In this document: positions 34,307-46,605 of the stretch, one piece after another
Numbering within the stretch: position 1 is the stretch's first letter
How the letters are laid out: each line of letters begins with the position of its first letter
Assembly: GCF_001447785.1 (NCBI RefSeq)
Contig: NW_015167526.1
Span: 1,014,423-1,077,806, forward strand
DNA: 63,384 bases
DNA from: Gekko japonicus
Lineage: Eukaryota
Direction of reading: 5' to 3'
Translations under genes and position numbers: made by a program
The notes under the pieces: generated by a model
What the model saw: the letters and a program-made list of their open reading frames with translations, nothing else
Databases searched by the model: none
What the model was told of the DNA's origin: nothing

Positions 34307-34610
34307 CTAAGAACAAGGGAAACAAATAAACACAAGTAAATGTTATACAGACACACCAGTCTTTTCCTGCCACAGGAGGGACCTGGAGATCTTACAGAAA
34401 CCTCAACTGATCTCCAGGTAACAGAAATCAGTTCCCCTGGAGAAAAATGTCTGCTTTGGAAAGTGGACTCGATGTATTATTCCCAGCTGAGGTCCCTGCC
34501 CTCCCCAGGTTGGGAAACTCCTTTCCCGGAGGAATGAGCTCCCGGAGGAGATCAGGGCCCTGCGGGACCTTTTACAGACCGCCAGGTCTTTAACTAGGAG
34601 CCGCCACCAC

Positions 34611-34816
34611 CATTGTTCCCTCTAAGCTGAGTTAGTGTGAGCTAGCTCAGTTTTTTAGCCTCCAGCTCACACATTTTTGTCTTAGCTCAGGAAGGATGGG
34701 GCTCCAGAACAAACTAATTTATGCACTAGCCAAATTGCTCACTCACAACTTTAATGCCAGTAGCTCACAAAGTAGAATTTTTGCTCACAAGACTCCACAG
34801 CTTAGAGGGAACATTG
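34611..34816 (+). mobile_element. hAT MITE family A
   Basis: TSD GCCACCAC. Confidence 0.9.
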
Positions 34817-35528
34817 GCCACCACCATCATTACCACCATTTCCATCATGGTCAACATTAACAACTTTGAACATCAACTCAAACAACTTATTGATAACTGA
34901 AACCTGGTCTGTTACCGATAGCCTGTGCCGAAACTGAGAATGATCATTTAGCTGAATGTTTATATAGGAACTATACAGGGTATGAGGCCATCTTTAATAC
35001 CATAAGTTAGTGGCTAGCACTTTGGAGGATGTAAGTTAGTTTTAAGGAACTGTTTTAGATACTTATGCATTTATTGTGCTGTGTTTTTATGTTGTTAGCT
35101 GCCCTTAGCCTGCCTAGACAGGGAGGGCGGGGTATAAATCCGAGTAAATAAATAAATAAATAAATAAACTCCTAGAGATTGGGGGGGGTGGAGCCTGGGG
35201 AGGACAGGGACCTCAGTGGAGTACAATGCCATGGAGTCCACCCCCCGAAGCATCCATTTTCTCCAGAGGGGGAAAAGATCTCTGCAGTCTGGAGACTGGT
35301 TGGAATTCCAGGGGATCCCCAGGTCCCACCTGGAGGCTGGCAGCCCTAGTATAACTAACTTTATTTAAGGGTGGGGTACGGTAGAATGTTGATTTTCCAG
35401 GCAGAAAGAAAGACCCACGTTCAGACTCTGGCATCTCCAGTCAAACGGCTCAGGTGACCTGAAAGATTCTCTGCTGGAGACAGCGGAGAGCTGCTACCAG
35501 TCACAAGAGACGATACTGACAACGTTCA

Positions 35529-35798
35529 GAGTCCAGTCAGGCACCTTTAAGACCAGCAAAGGTTTATTCGAGGTATGAGCTTTTGTGTGCATGCACACTT
35601 TTTCCAAATACATTGGAATGGGAAGTAAGGTTTAAACTTACAGACAGGCTGGACAGCAAATTGACATGTAACATGATGATGTTTTAAGCTATGCAAAATC
35701 AGAACTAAATAACAAGCTGTATTTGAAAAAGTGTGCTTTGCACACAAAAGCTCACACCTTGAATAAACCTCTGTTGGTCTCAAAGCTGCCACTGGACT
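35529..35798. mobile_element. Palindromic Penelope-derived element
   Basis: Arms GAGTCCAGT...AAATAC / GTATTT...ACTGGACT, each with a decayed hammerhead-like motif. Confidence 0.7.
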
Positions 35799-36027
35799 AC
35801 CATCATTAGCAACAACTGACGCCTGGTGCCTGGCCCATTACTGACAGCCTGTGCTTGCCAACCGAAATTGAGAACGACCAATGTGCTGATATCAAGTGAA
35901 ATTACAGAATATATGAGACCATCTCGATACTCTAAGTCAACTGCTAGCACTTTAATATAATGTAAATGGTCCTGATGAATTGCTGTGAAATGTTCTAAGG
36001 ATTGTTTTATAGATGTCTATATTTATT

Positions 36028-36456
36028 ATAGTCATGTATGGCTGCGAGAGTTGGGCCATAAGGAAGGCCGAGCGCCGAAGAATAGATTCTTTTGAACTAT
36101 GGTGCTGGAGAAGACTCTTGAGAGTCCCTTGGACTGCAAGGAGATCAAATCAGTCAATCCTAAAAGAAATCAACCCTGACTGTTCCCTGGAAGGCCAGAT
36201 AATGAAACTGAAGCTCAGATATTTTGGCCACCCAATGAGAAGGGAGCCCTCACTGGAGAAGAAGACCCTGATGCTGGGAAAGACTGAAGGTCAAAGAAGA
36301 AGGGGACGGCAAAGGATGAGATGGTTAGACAGTGTCATCGAGGCAACGAACATGAAATTGAGCCAACTTCAGAGGACGGCGGAAGACAGGAAGGCCTGGC
36401 GTGATCTGGTCCATGGGGTCGCGAAGAGTCGGACTCAACTGTGCGACTGAACAACA
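36028..36456 (+). mobile_element. BovB/RTE 3' fragment
   Basis: VMYGCESW...KSRTQLCD and CAA tail. Confidence 0.93.
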
Positions 36457-36706
36457 TATTTATTGTTATTGTGCTTTTATCATGTGAGCTGCCCTGAGCC
36501 TGCTATGGCGGGGAGGGCAGGATGCAAATCTAAATAAATACATAAAGTGTTCTGCTGCTCCAGACCAACACGACTGACCACCTGGATACTGACAACGGTC
36601 GGTCAGTCTGTCTCAGCATAAGGCAGCTCCACGTGTTGAAACAGACAGCGGTCGCGTGGCCTGTCCTCATCTCAGTGACAAAGTCTCTACTTTGCAGACT
36701 CCAGAC

Positions 36707-36908
36707 TAGGGTCGCCAACCTCCAGGTGACACCTGGAGATCTCCCACTCTTATGACTGCTCTCCAGAGGACCAAGATTAGTTCCCCAGGGGAGGGTGGGG
36801 CTCTATGGCATTATACCCTGCGGAGGCCCCTCCCCTCACCAAACCCCGCCCTCCCCAAGCTCCGCCCCCAAACCTCCAGGTATTTCCCACCCCAGAGGTG
36901 GCAACCCG
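36707..36908. mobile_element. MITE-like family D (TAGGGTTGCC...GGCAACCC ends; related copies near 34380, 35170, 40310-41203 and 55978)
   Basis: Short inverted termini and a shared internal sequence. Confidence 0.65.
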
Positions 36909-37099
36909 ACTCCAGGCGGCCCCCCCGGGACGGTCGCCTCCCGTTGAACGACTGCCTGAGGCCGCAGACGGCGGAAAGTGCCGACCCAGAGGGCTTCCCG
37001 CGCTCATCTGGCGTCTGTGGTACACTGCCCCTAAGCCTGGAGGCTCCATTTCGGCTCTCCCGGCTCCGAGGCGACACCTGCCCCGCCCACCAGGCTGAC

Positions 37100-37179
37100 C
37101 TGGCCGCCCCTCCAGCTCGCAGGAGCCGCCGGACCGCCGCCTTCTCCGTCTTCTCCGCCCCGGGGCGGCCCAGCAGCAT
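37100..37179 (-). CDS. USP30: USP30 exon 1
   Basis: MLLGRPGAEKTEKAAVRRLLRAGGAAR resembles recalled human ..AIQRFLRTGAAVR; donor AG|GTCAGC, phase 2; in a CpG island. Confidence 0.88.
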
Positions 37180-37199
37180 CCCCCGAACCTCGCCTGCCT

Positions 37200-37400
37200 C
37201 GGCCGCCGGTCGTTGAGCGCCACAGCCGGGCGGAACCAACAGTCGGGGGGGGGAGGGACAGGCAGGGACCGGAAACGGCCCGCCCGAGCCCTTTTGGAGG
37301 ACGGACTCCCTAGCAACGAGCTCCACCTCCCTCGCTGGTTGCTAAAGGGTTCGCCGCTCAGCTACTCCGCCGCAGCCCCGGTCCCGTGAGTCTATGGTTC
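37200..37400 (-). promoter_or_regulatory. USP30 CpG-island promoter
   Basis: ETS-like ACCGGAA near 37268; opposed RFX-like sites CCCTAGCAAC (37308-37317) and GTTGCTAAAGG (37338-37348). Confidence 0.6.
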
Positions 37401-37826
37401 CGTGGTGCGAAAGGAAAGTTCCCAACCGAGTCTGTTCTGCTCTCTCTGGACTGAGGGGAGGGCGGCTAGACTGTCCCGGCTGCTTATCCTGAGGGGGAAG
37501 GAGAGGGGGGCAAGGGATGCACCCCTGATTTGCTCAAATGCACTCCATTAATTTCTCTCTAGTTGAAAGTTCATACTCTAAAACCGTGAAAACAGTTGAA
37601 AAGTGTTCGATTTGCTACCCAAACAAGAACCTAAGATTGTTGTTCCTGTTTGGTCCTTGCATCTAACAACTTCATTATGTTGTATGCTAATTTGCTGCTC
37701 ACCCTCTTCCTATATGTATGGACTGGCAACTTCCTACCTGGCAACTTCCATTTCAAGTGTCTCTGAATAAGTATGTGTGCACACCAGAGCTTATACTTTT
37801 TTGTCATGAAAACCTTGTTGCTACTG

Positions 37827-38100
37827 GAAGGAGGAGGAGGAGGAGGAGAATTGGATTTATACCCTGCCCTTTACTCAGGAATCTCAGAGCGGTTTATGAT
37901 CTCATTCCCTTCCCCTCCCCATAACAGACACCCTGTGAGATAGTGGGGTTGAGAGAGTTTTTCGAGGACTGCTCTTGAGAGAACAGCACTGAGAGAACTT
38001 GTGAGTGACCCAAGGTCACAACAGCAGCTGCATGTGGAGAAGTGGGGAATCAAGCCCGGTTCTCCCAGAGTCTGCACTCCTAACCGCTACACCAAACTGG
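37827..38100 (-). mobile_element. Squam3-like SINE
   Basis: Reverse copy. Confidence 0.85.
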
Positions 38101-38673
38101 ATTCCTGGTTTGTCTGTGTTGTTGTTTTTTATTTGTTTGCTTGTTTTTACAAAACTCTCTTAGGAGCAAGATGAAGAATTGCTTTACAAGCTTATTATTT
38201 GTAGACAATGGTGGCTATGCATATTTGTGCCATCCAAGTTGCTTCCAAATTATGGTGGGGTGACCCTATGAATTAAGGACCTCCAAAATGTCCTGTCATT
38301 GCTCAGGTCTTGCAAACTGAGGGCCTTTGTGGCTTCCTTGCCTGAGTCAATCCACCTCATGTTGGTCTTCCTCTTTTCCTACTACAACTTTTCGTAGCAT
38401 TATTGTCTTTTCCAGCAACTCTTGTACTTTAGTCACATTATGAGACGACAGCCTCAGTTTGATGGTTTTAGTATCTAGGGAGAGTTCGAGCTTGATTTGA
38501 TCTAGAACCCACTCATTTGTCTTTTTGTTGGTTCACAGTATCTGTGAAACTTTCCTCCAATGCCACATTTCAAATGAATCTACTTTCTTCCTGTCAGCTT
38601 TCTTCATTGTCCAGCTTTCACACACTTACACAGTAATGGGGAATACTGTGGTATGAATTACTTTGGTCGCCAG

Positions 38674-39068
38674 CAGGGCTATTTTTGGGCAGGAACACTC
38701 AGGAATGGAGTTCCGGCTGGCTCCTGAGTTGGCCACACCCAGCAGGAACTCATTAGCATAATAGGCCACACCCAACAGCTGAAACTCATTAGGATTGGCT
38801 ACAGTAGGCGTGTGTGGCCTAACATGCAAAGGAGTTCCTGCTACAAAAAAGGCCCTGGGTTTGGACAACAAACAAGGTAAACAGAATAAGAAGCAAAAGG
38901 TGGGTGTGGCTGGATGACCACACTTTTGGCAACATGGGGCTGCGGCCTAATATGCTAATGAGCTGTGGTGTCAGGATGTGGCCTGATATGCTAATGAGCT
39001 GTGGTGTCAGGGTGTGGCCTATTATGCTAATGAGTTCCTGCTGGGCTTTTTCTACAAAAAAAGCCCTG
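38674..39068. mobile_element. hAT MITE, long B-related form (TIR CAGGGCT)
   Basis: TSD GTCGCCAG; a reverse-oriented relative lies at 41525-41881. Confidence 0.9.
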
Positions 39069-39076
39069 GTCGCCAG

Positions 39077-39282
39077 CAATGTTCCCTCTAAGCTGTGGAG
39101 TCTTGTGAGCAAAAATTCTACTTTGTGAGCCACTGGCATTAAAGTTGTGAGCAGGTGATTTGGCTGCTGCATAAATTAATCTGCTCGGGAGCCATCCTTC
39201 CTGAGCAAAGACAAAAATGTGTGAGCTGGAGGCTAAAAAACTGTGAGCTGGCTCACACTAACTCAGCTTAGAGGGAACACTG
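39077..39282 (-). mobile_element. hAT MITE family A
   Basis: TSD GTCGCCAG. Confidence 0.92.
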
Positions 39283-39766
39283 GTCGCCAGTGACACATCC
39301 TTACACTTAAGAATCTTTTCTAGCTCCTTCATATTCACTTGGAAGTAAGTCCTACAGGACTTGATGAACCTTCTGAGTAAACAAGCACAGAACAGTATTT
39401 TTAATAACTAGCCTATAATTAATTGCCAGTGACCCACTGCTTATTACATTTTTAAGACTCACACAGTTAAAAGGTGTACAGGATGTTTAGTCTGGAGAAG
39501 AGGAAGTTGATTGCTCTCTTCAAGTATTTGAAGGACTGTCCCTAAGAGGAGGGCAGGGAGCTGTTCCTGTTGGCAGCAGAGGAGAGGACTCACAATAATG
39601 TGTTGAAAGTAAGGGCAGGAAGGTACCAGCTTGATCTTAGGATAAACATTTTTACAGTGAGAGCTGTGCAACAGTGGAATCAGCTGTCTAGGGAGACGGT
39701 GAGTTCCCCCTTACCTGAAGTCTTTAAGCAGTGGCTGCACAAACACATGTCAGAGATGCTCTAGGC

Positions 39767-40174
39767 CAGGGGGCCGGATCAAGCCCCCGAAGGGCTTCTA
39801 TCAGGCCAGCAATGGAACTGGCTGTCTTCTGATTCTTCTTCCAATTCTGCTGCGTCATTGTAAGTTTGCAGCTTACAGAGACACACCTGAACAGCATACT
39901 CAAGATTGCAACAGCACAGACATTTTGATGCAATCATTGAGAGCAAGAGGTGTCAGTTATCAGGCACTGTTAAATAAACAAAATATTGCAAGAGTGCTCA
40001 TGTTTTAAGCATGTTTTTATTTTAAGTAAAAAAAAAACCCTTTGTGTTTGTGTCCTTGATAAAGTTTATGTCTCCGCTACCTGGCATTACATTTTATGAC
40101 ACACATGGCCTGGCCCAACAAGGTCTCATTTATGTCAGATCCGGCCCCCATAACAAATGAGTTCAACACCCGTG
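39767..40174. mobile_element. hAT (Charlie-like) MITE nested in an old CR1 3' end (about 39480-40262)
   Basis: TSD CTCTAGGC. Confidence 0.8.
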
Positions 40175-40505
40175 CTCTAGGCTGATCCTGCATTGAGCAG
40201 AGGGTTGGACTAGATGGCCTGTAAGGGACCCTTCCAACTCTGTGTAATTCTATGATTCTATGACAGTTTCAGTGGTTCATATGAAAGAATTACAGTCTGG
40301 GTGAAAGTTCAAGGGTTGTGTGGCTAGAAGTAGCAGCCCTGGCTTGGTGAATTCCTGGATAGTTGGGCACGGTGCCTGGAAAGGGCATAGTTTGGATAAG
40401 AGAAGGAGGTTACCTGGGATGTGCTGCACAGAGCCCACCCTCTCTAGTTGCCATTTCCTCCAGGGGAACTGGTTTCTATTGTCAGGAGATCAGTTGTAAC
40501 TCCAA

Positions 40506-41166
40506 GGGTGCGTTCAGACGGGCATTTAAGCCGGTATAGATGCTGGTTAGAATTGGAGTACTTACGCGCGATCACACAGCGAACATCTGCCTTCCGTCCC
40601 TAACCGTCACAAACACCCTTTCAACTGGTGTGTTCTGCTACTAGGTCCCGAAGTGGTGGTATCCTGAGTGCTCCGGTTCCAACCGCATTATCCCCGTCTG
40701 ATCGCTCTCCGCCGGTGTAGGGCCACTTCCGTTCGGAAGCCCGAAGCCTCCGCTTTTCGGCCGCCGTTTTTTTTTTAAGCCTCCTCGATGTGCGCTTGGG
40801 CAAAGCTTCGCCCCGGCGTTTGTAAAAAAAAAAAAGATGCTTAGTTTTAGGCTGCAGATGAGTCCGGGACCTCACAGAGGTCCTTTTCGCTGTAAAAGTT
40901 TAAAGGGAAGTCTTCGCTTCAGGGCACACTTTTCGGGACGGGGTGTTCTGCGCCTGCGCGAAGATCTCAACTCTGTGGATGCGCAAAATGTAAAAAAACC
41001 ACAAACCCACTGATGTGCGCTGCTGTGCGTCGGTAGTGTGAACGGGCATATCGCGATGTGCTGCGCAGTCAGGAGGTGAGTGTGATCGCGTTTCTTCCGG
41101 ATCAAACTGCTCCGGTTCCAACTGGAGCAGTTTATGCCGGCTTAAATGGCCCATCTGAATGCATCC
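40506..41166. mobile_element. PIF/Harbinger-like non-autonomous transposon, CpG-rich
   Basis: About 33-bp TIRs GGGTGCGTTCAGACGGGCATTTAAGCCGG / CCGGCTTAAATGGCCCATCTGAATGCATCC; 3-bp TSD CAA; splits a family D repeat. Confidence 0.8.
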
Positions 41167-41524
41167 CAAGAGAACTTCAGGACCCACCTGGAGATTGGCA
41201 ACCAGATCATGGCTGGCCTGCTTCTCCCAGCTTGTTGTTGTTGTTTTTAGCCTCTCCTCTGCTACTTTCTAAATGCCCACTGGCCTGAAACAAATCTGTA
41301 CACAGCACAGAAATGTAGTTTCCTCATTCCTAGGGTTTTCAAAGTCATTATACAGTAGAAAAGTGTTCGATTTGCTATCTAAACAAGAAAACTGATATTT
41401 TACCAGCCCTATGGATAAAACCTGATATTCATTTGATACACCTACAAAATGAATACCTATGAGGAAGTAGGTGTGGGCTGATAGAAGGTTCATTGCCCAT
41501 TTAAATATAGATAGATAAGTTTTC

Positions 41525-41881
41525 CAGGGCTCTTTTTGTAGAAAAAGCCCAGCAGGAACTCATTAGCATAATAGGCCACACCCAACAGCAAAACCCATTA
41601 GCATATTAGGCCACACCCCCATGTTACCAGAAGTGTGGTCATCCAGCCACACCCACCTTTCCCTTCTTATTCTGTTTACCTTGTTTGTTGTCAAAACCCA
41701 GGGTCTTTTTTTGTAGCACGAACTCCTTTGCATGTTAGGCCACACCCCTAATGTAGCCAATCCTAATGAGTTTCTGCTGTTGGGTGTGGCCTATTATGCT
41801 AATGAGTTCCTGCTGGGCGTGGCCAACTCAGGAGCCAGCCGGAACTCAGTTCCTGTGCGTTCCTGCCCAAAAATAGCCCTG
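41525..41881. mobile_element. hAT MITE, inverted relative of 38674-39068
   Basis: CAGGGCT...AGCCCTG termini. Confidence 0.88.
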
Positions 41882-42044
41882 AGTTTTACTCACAGTCATT
41901 GACCAACACATAAAACAATGTCACTTTGTAACCTGTGTAAAAGACATCACATTTAAATATATGCATACAGCCTTGTGGACAGGCTGTGTCCTACAATCGA
42001 GTGTCCCTTTGCTGCCCCTGCCAGCCTTTTCATTGGTAAAGAAG

Positions 42045-42235
42045 GGCCAGGCTGGCTGTATCTCATCAAACCTCGGAAATGAAGCAGGGTCGGCTCTGGT
42101 TGGTACTTGGATGGGAGACCACCAAGGAAGTCCAGGGTTGCGACACCAGAGGCAGGCAATAGCAGCATTCATCTCTTGCCTTGGGAAACCCTTGAAGGAT
42201 CACCATTAGTCAGCTGTGACCTGACGGCGCTTTCC
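42045..42235 (+). mobile_element. 5S rRNA-derived SINE
   Basis: GTACTTGGATGGGAGACC C-box region plus the body shared with 57565. Confidence 0.78.
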
Positions 42236-42296
42236 ACCAGCAGACAAGAAAGGAGTGGTCATTCTTGACCTCTGAAAAAGGCTATGGTGACTGAGT

Positions 42297-42503
42297 CAAT
42301 GTTCCCTCTAAGCCGTGGAGTCTTGTGAGCAGGAATTCTACTTTGTGAGCTACTGGCATTAAAGTTGTGAGCAAAATGTTTGGCTACTGCATCAATTAGT
42401 TTGCTCTGTAGCCATCGTTCCTGAATTGAGACAAAAATCTGTGAGCTGGAGGCTAAAAAAACTGTGAGCCGGCTCACACTAATTCAGCTTAGAGGGAACA
42501 CTG
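42297..42503 (-). mobile_element. hAT MITE family A
   Basis: Both TIRs present; no TSD seen. Confidence 0.88.
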
Positions 42504-42732
42504 GTGAGGATCATGGGATCCATATAGACAAAGCCACATGGAACTGGCTCTGTGGTGAGGAAGGGCAAGATTAAGTGGGGAAACTGGTAGGATACAGCCC
42601 ACTGCATTTACTTAATGTATAATGTCCATAGTACTTTATTTTACTATTCTGATTCTATCAAATCTTTGTATTGAATCCCAGGTGAAAGAAGTGACGGAGA
42701 AGGTGTCTTACCAGAGCCACAAGGCTGACAGT

Positions 42733-43190
42733 CATAGAATCACAGAATCATTAGCGTTGGAAGGGACCTCCAGGGTCATCTAGTCCAACCCCCTGCACAG
42801 GGCAGGAAATTCACAAATACCTCTTCCTCCACACCTGCAGTGACCGCTGTTCCATGCCCAGAAGATGACAAAAAAAAACCCTCCAGGAGTGCTTCCTGAC
42901 CCCAAAGTAGCAATCAGCATTTCCCTGGGCGTGTAAGAAAGGGCCACAAGAACTGAGCACTGAGGCAACCCGTCCTGCCCTCCCTCTCGTGATCTGCCTT
43001 TCGCAGAATCTGCATTGCTGTCCCATGGCCATCGAGCCTCTGCTTGAAAACCTCCAAAGAAGGAGAGCCCACCACTTCCCAAGGAAGCCTGTTTCACTGA
43101 GGAACCGCTAGCTCTAACTGTCAGGAAGTCCTTCGTAATGTTTAGCCAAAAACTCTTCTGATTTCATTTCAACCCGTTGGTTCTGGTCAT
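42733..43190 (-). mobile_element. Old CR1 3' end
   Basis: CATAGAAT tail at the left end and CR1-like 3' sequence. Confidence 0.7.
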
Positions 43191-44024
43191 CAGGTATTTT
43201 ACCTTCCTCTGGTTTGGTTTTGGGTTTAGAATCAGGTATTGTGTTTAAAATATCTAACTAGGGGGAGAGCTTAATCGTCTCTTTGATTAATCCCATGCCA
43301 CGATCCAATTGGCTCTGCATTGGCCATTTGCTCCAAGCTGCCAGACATCCTCCCCAGTTCAGCTTTCCGACTTACTCCTGATCCAACCACAGACCAGGCT
43401 GGATTTTTAAAATCACGGCCTGGTAGCCCTACAGGCCTATTTCTGCCCTCAATTGCTCCCTTCCCCCTCCTCCACTTTGGTAATTTCCCCTCTAAAATGT
43501 GGAATAGGATGTTCTGTTCGAGACATCTGAAGAAATTAGCTGTGACTCATGCTGGAACAAACTGAGTTGTAAGAGTCACTGGGGTTTGTTTGTTTGTTTG
43601 TTTATAATCCTACAAGGCCACCCCATGAGCTTCGAAACCAAGTCAGAATTTGAACCTGTGACTGCCCTGTATAAGCTCATCACTTACGCGGCCACATTCC
43701 AGGTGATGCTATCTTTTGTAAGCAGCTGCTTTATTGCTTACAAAAGTCATGCGCATCTTGAAAAGAAAAGAAGAAATGAGGCAAAAACCAAGGAAGGGCT
43801 TGCAAGGAAGCCATTTAGACTTAGTAGCTGTCCCCCCTAAATTGTCTCTTTTCTAAACTGGAAAGTCCCAGCCGTTCCTCACAGGAAAGGTACTCCACCC
43901 TCCTCATCATCTTGGTTGCCCTCCTCTGTACTTTTTCCAGCTCTGCAATGTCCTTTTGGAGACACGGTGACCATAACTGTACGCAGGATTCCAAATGAGG
44001 CCACACCAATGATCTACACAGGGG

Positions 44025-44444
44025 CTGGGGTCATTTCCTGCAGGAGCGCACAGGAGCGGAGCTCCGGCAGTAAAGAGCCCAGGGGGCGGGCACATGCAAC
44101 AAGCCCCACCCCCTGCTCCCAGCAGCCCTCAGTCAGAGCAAGAAGCAGCCAGGTAAGTTGCAGAGCCCGCCCCCCGCCCCCTGGTCCAAAACAGCCCAGT
44201 GGCACCTTTAAGACCACGTTTTATTCAGGTACAAGCTCTCCCTCCTCTGTGAGGACAGATCTGCACGCTCTCTCCCCCCCCCCAATAGCTATCAATCCAA
44301 AACACTCCAGTGGAGCCTGAGTGGTGGGTGTTGCCTTCTGACACACGTCTAGTGAATTCAGGGGGTGTGGCATATGCAAATAAGTTATGCTAATGAGTTA
44401 TGCTAATGAGCTCCTGCACCTCTTTTTCTATGAAATGACCCCTG
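44025..44444 (-). mobile_element. hAT MITE family C nested in a CR1 fragment (about 43830-44700, -)
   Basis: TSD CACAGGGG. Confidence 0.9.
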
Positions 44445-45084
44445 CACAGGGGCATTAGAATATTGGCTATTTTAGTCTCAATCCCTTACCTAATAACACA
44501 GAGTTTGCCTTTTTCACTGCTGCAGCACACTGGGTTGACACTTTCGAGTTGTCCACGACTACTCCAAAATCTTTTTCCTTCTCATTCTCAGCAAGTTCAG
44601 ACCCCATTAGCTTAGACTTCAAGTGAGGATTTTTCTGTCCCAATGTGCATCGCTTTACACTTACCAACACTGAACTTCATTTGCCACATTGTCATCCACA
44701 TTGTCGTTTGGGTTGAGCCTGGGACCTTTGCCAAGCAGATGCTCTACCACGGAGCTACAGCCCCTCCCTAAATGGCGGAGGCAATGGAGTGGGCCTTGGT
44801 ATATCCAGGCAATACACAAGCTTTGCTGTAATAGTCAGCTTACTGAAGGCAGAAAGAGCCTGAAAGGAAAAACGAAATGGAGCCTCATGATAAATTACAG
44901 GCCACTGACAGTGCAAAACAGAGTATCCGTAAAAAAAACCTGACATGTATTCAGCAGTTCATTCAGAGCTACCTTCTTCCTTACATTCTGAAAGCAATAC
45001 GAAGCAGGTCTACTCAGGTCTGTTCAGTGGGACTCACTTTCAGGAAAGCGTCTTGGGTTTGCACTGGTGTATTCTGTTGTTCTG

Positions 45085-45402
45085 GTTGTTGTTCAGTTGC
45101 ACAGCTGAGTCCAACTCTTCGCAACCCCATGGGCCACGTCACACCAGACCCTCCCGTCCTCCGTCATCCTCCAGTTTGCTTAATTTCACGTTCGTTGCCT
45201 CGATAACACTGTCTGACCATCTCACCCTTTGCCATCCCCGTCTTTTTTGACCTTCAGTCTTTCCCAGCATCAGGGTCTTCTCCAGCGAGTGCTCCCTTCT
45301 CGTTTGGTGGCCAAAGTATTTGAGCTTCAGCTTCAGTATCTGGCCTTCCAGGGAACAGTCAGAGTTGATTTCTTTCAGTATTGACTAATTCGATCTCCTT
45401 GT
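45085..45402 (-). mobile_element. BovB/RTE 3' fragment
   Basis: Reverse complement of about 29725-30040. Confidence 0.88.
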
Positions 45403-45727
45403 TCTAGTACGATATGTATTTACATATAATTTGAGTAAGTGTGAATAAAATTTGAAGAAGAGGACTCTGAAACCAGCAACTAAACCATGGTGCGGTAGTG
45501 TAAGCCCCAATAGCTGGAGCAATCTGAAGCAATCTGAAAATCAGAAACATTCTGTCCTAATGAGCTCTGCAAAGAGTAAGGAAGAAAAAAAGAAGCCCCC
45601 CCCACTCCTACTCAGCCAAAAGCCTAGGAAAACCAAAATGTGTTCACCTGGAACTGAACACTTGGCACCAGGCAAATCAGTGTGTGTGTGTGGAGGAGTC
45701 TATGATTTTGGCGCCACAACAAAAGGC

Positions 45728-45975
45728 CCTGATTTCTGCAGCAGCTGAATTGCTTGCTCACAACTTTAATGCCAGGAGCTCACGAAGTAGGATTTTTGCT
45801 CACAGGACTCCACAGCTTAGAGGGAGCCTTGATTATAACTCCCACCCCCAATTCGTCTGCTGCAGAAATCAGTTTGCTCTGGAGCCATCCCTCCTGAGCT
45901 AAGACAAAAATGTGTGAGCCGGAGGCTAAAAAATGGTGAGCTAGCCCACACTAACTCAGCTTAAAGGGAACACTG
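45728..45975. mobile_element. Internally inverted MITE A
   Basis: 3' half on + (45737-45831), 5' half on - (45850-45975). Confidence 0.8.
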
Positions 45976-46224
45976 ACCCCCACCCTTCACTTGGAGTTTC
46001 AGAGCGGCTTACAGACTCCTTTCCCTTCCCCTCCCCACAACAGACACCCTGTGAGGTAGGCACAGCTGAGAGAGCTCTGACAGAACCTGCTCTTTTTCAA
46101 GGACAGCTCTGACAGAACTATGGCTTACCCAAGGTCATCCAGCAGCTGCAAGTGGAGGAGTGGGGAATCAAACCCGGTCCTCCCAGATTAGAGTCCGCAC
46201 ACTTAACCACTACACCAAACTGGC
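45976..46224 (-). mobile_element. Squam3-like SINE
   Basis: Reverse copy. Confidence 0.85.
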
Positions 46225-46251
46225 TTTACAGTAAGTAGTTCATGTAATTTA

Positions 46252-46605
46252 GGTAACGGTAAAGATAAAGGTTTCCCTTGCTCGAAAGCCAGTCGAGTCC
46301 AACTCTAGGGTTGCAGTGCTCATCTCTGTTTCCAAGTCGAAGAGCCAGCGCTGTCAAAAGACTTCTCCATGATCATGTGGCCGGCATGACTAGACACCGA
46401 GGCGCACGGAATGCTGTTACCTTCCCACTGAAGTGGTACCTATTTATCTACTTGCAATTTCCTGCTTTCGAACTGCTAGGTTGGCAGGAGCTGGGGCCAG
46501 AGACGGGAGCTCACTCTGTCATGCGGTACTCGGGTCTCGAACTACTGAACTACCGACCTTCCGGTCTGCAGTTCAACATCTTACCCATTGACCCACCGCA
46601 TCTCC
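46252..46605 (-). mobile_element. Sauria SINE
   Basis: (ACCTTT)n-type tail; TSD TTCATGTAATTTA; sister copy at 57198. Confidence 0.85.

Larger units (their letters stand above)
38225..39333 (-). mobile_element. Old RTE LINE 3' relic hosting two MITEs
   Basis: MKELEKILKCKDVSLATKVIHTTVFP is restored when the inserts are removed. Confidence 0.75.
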
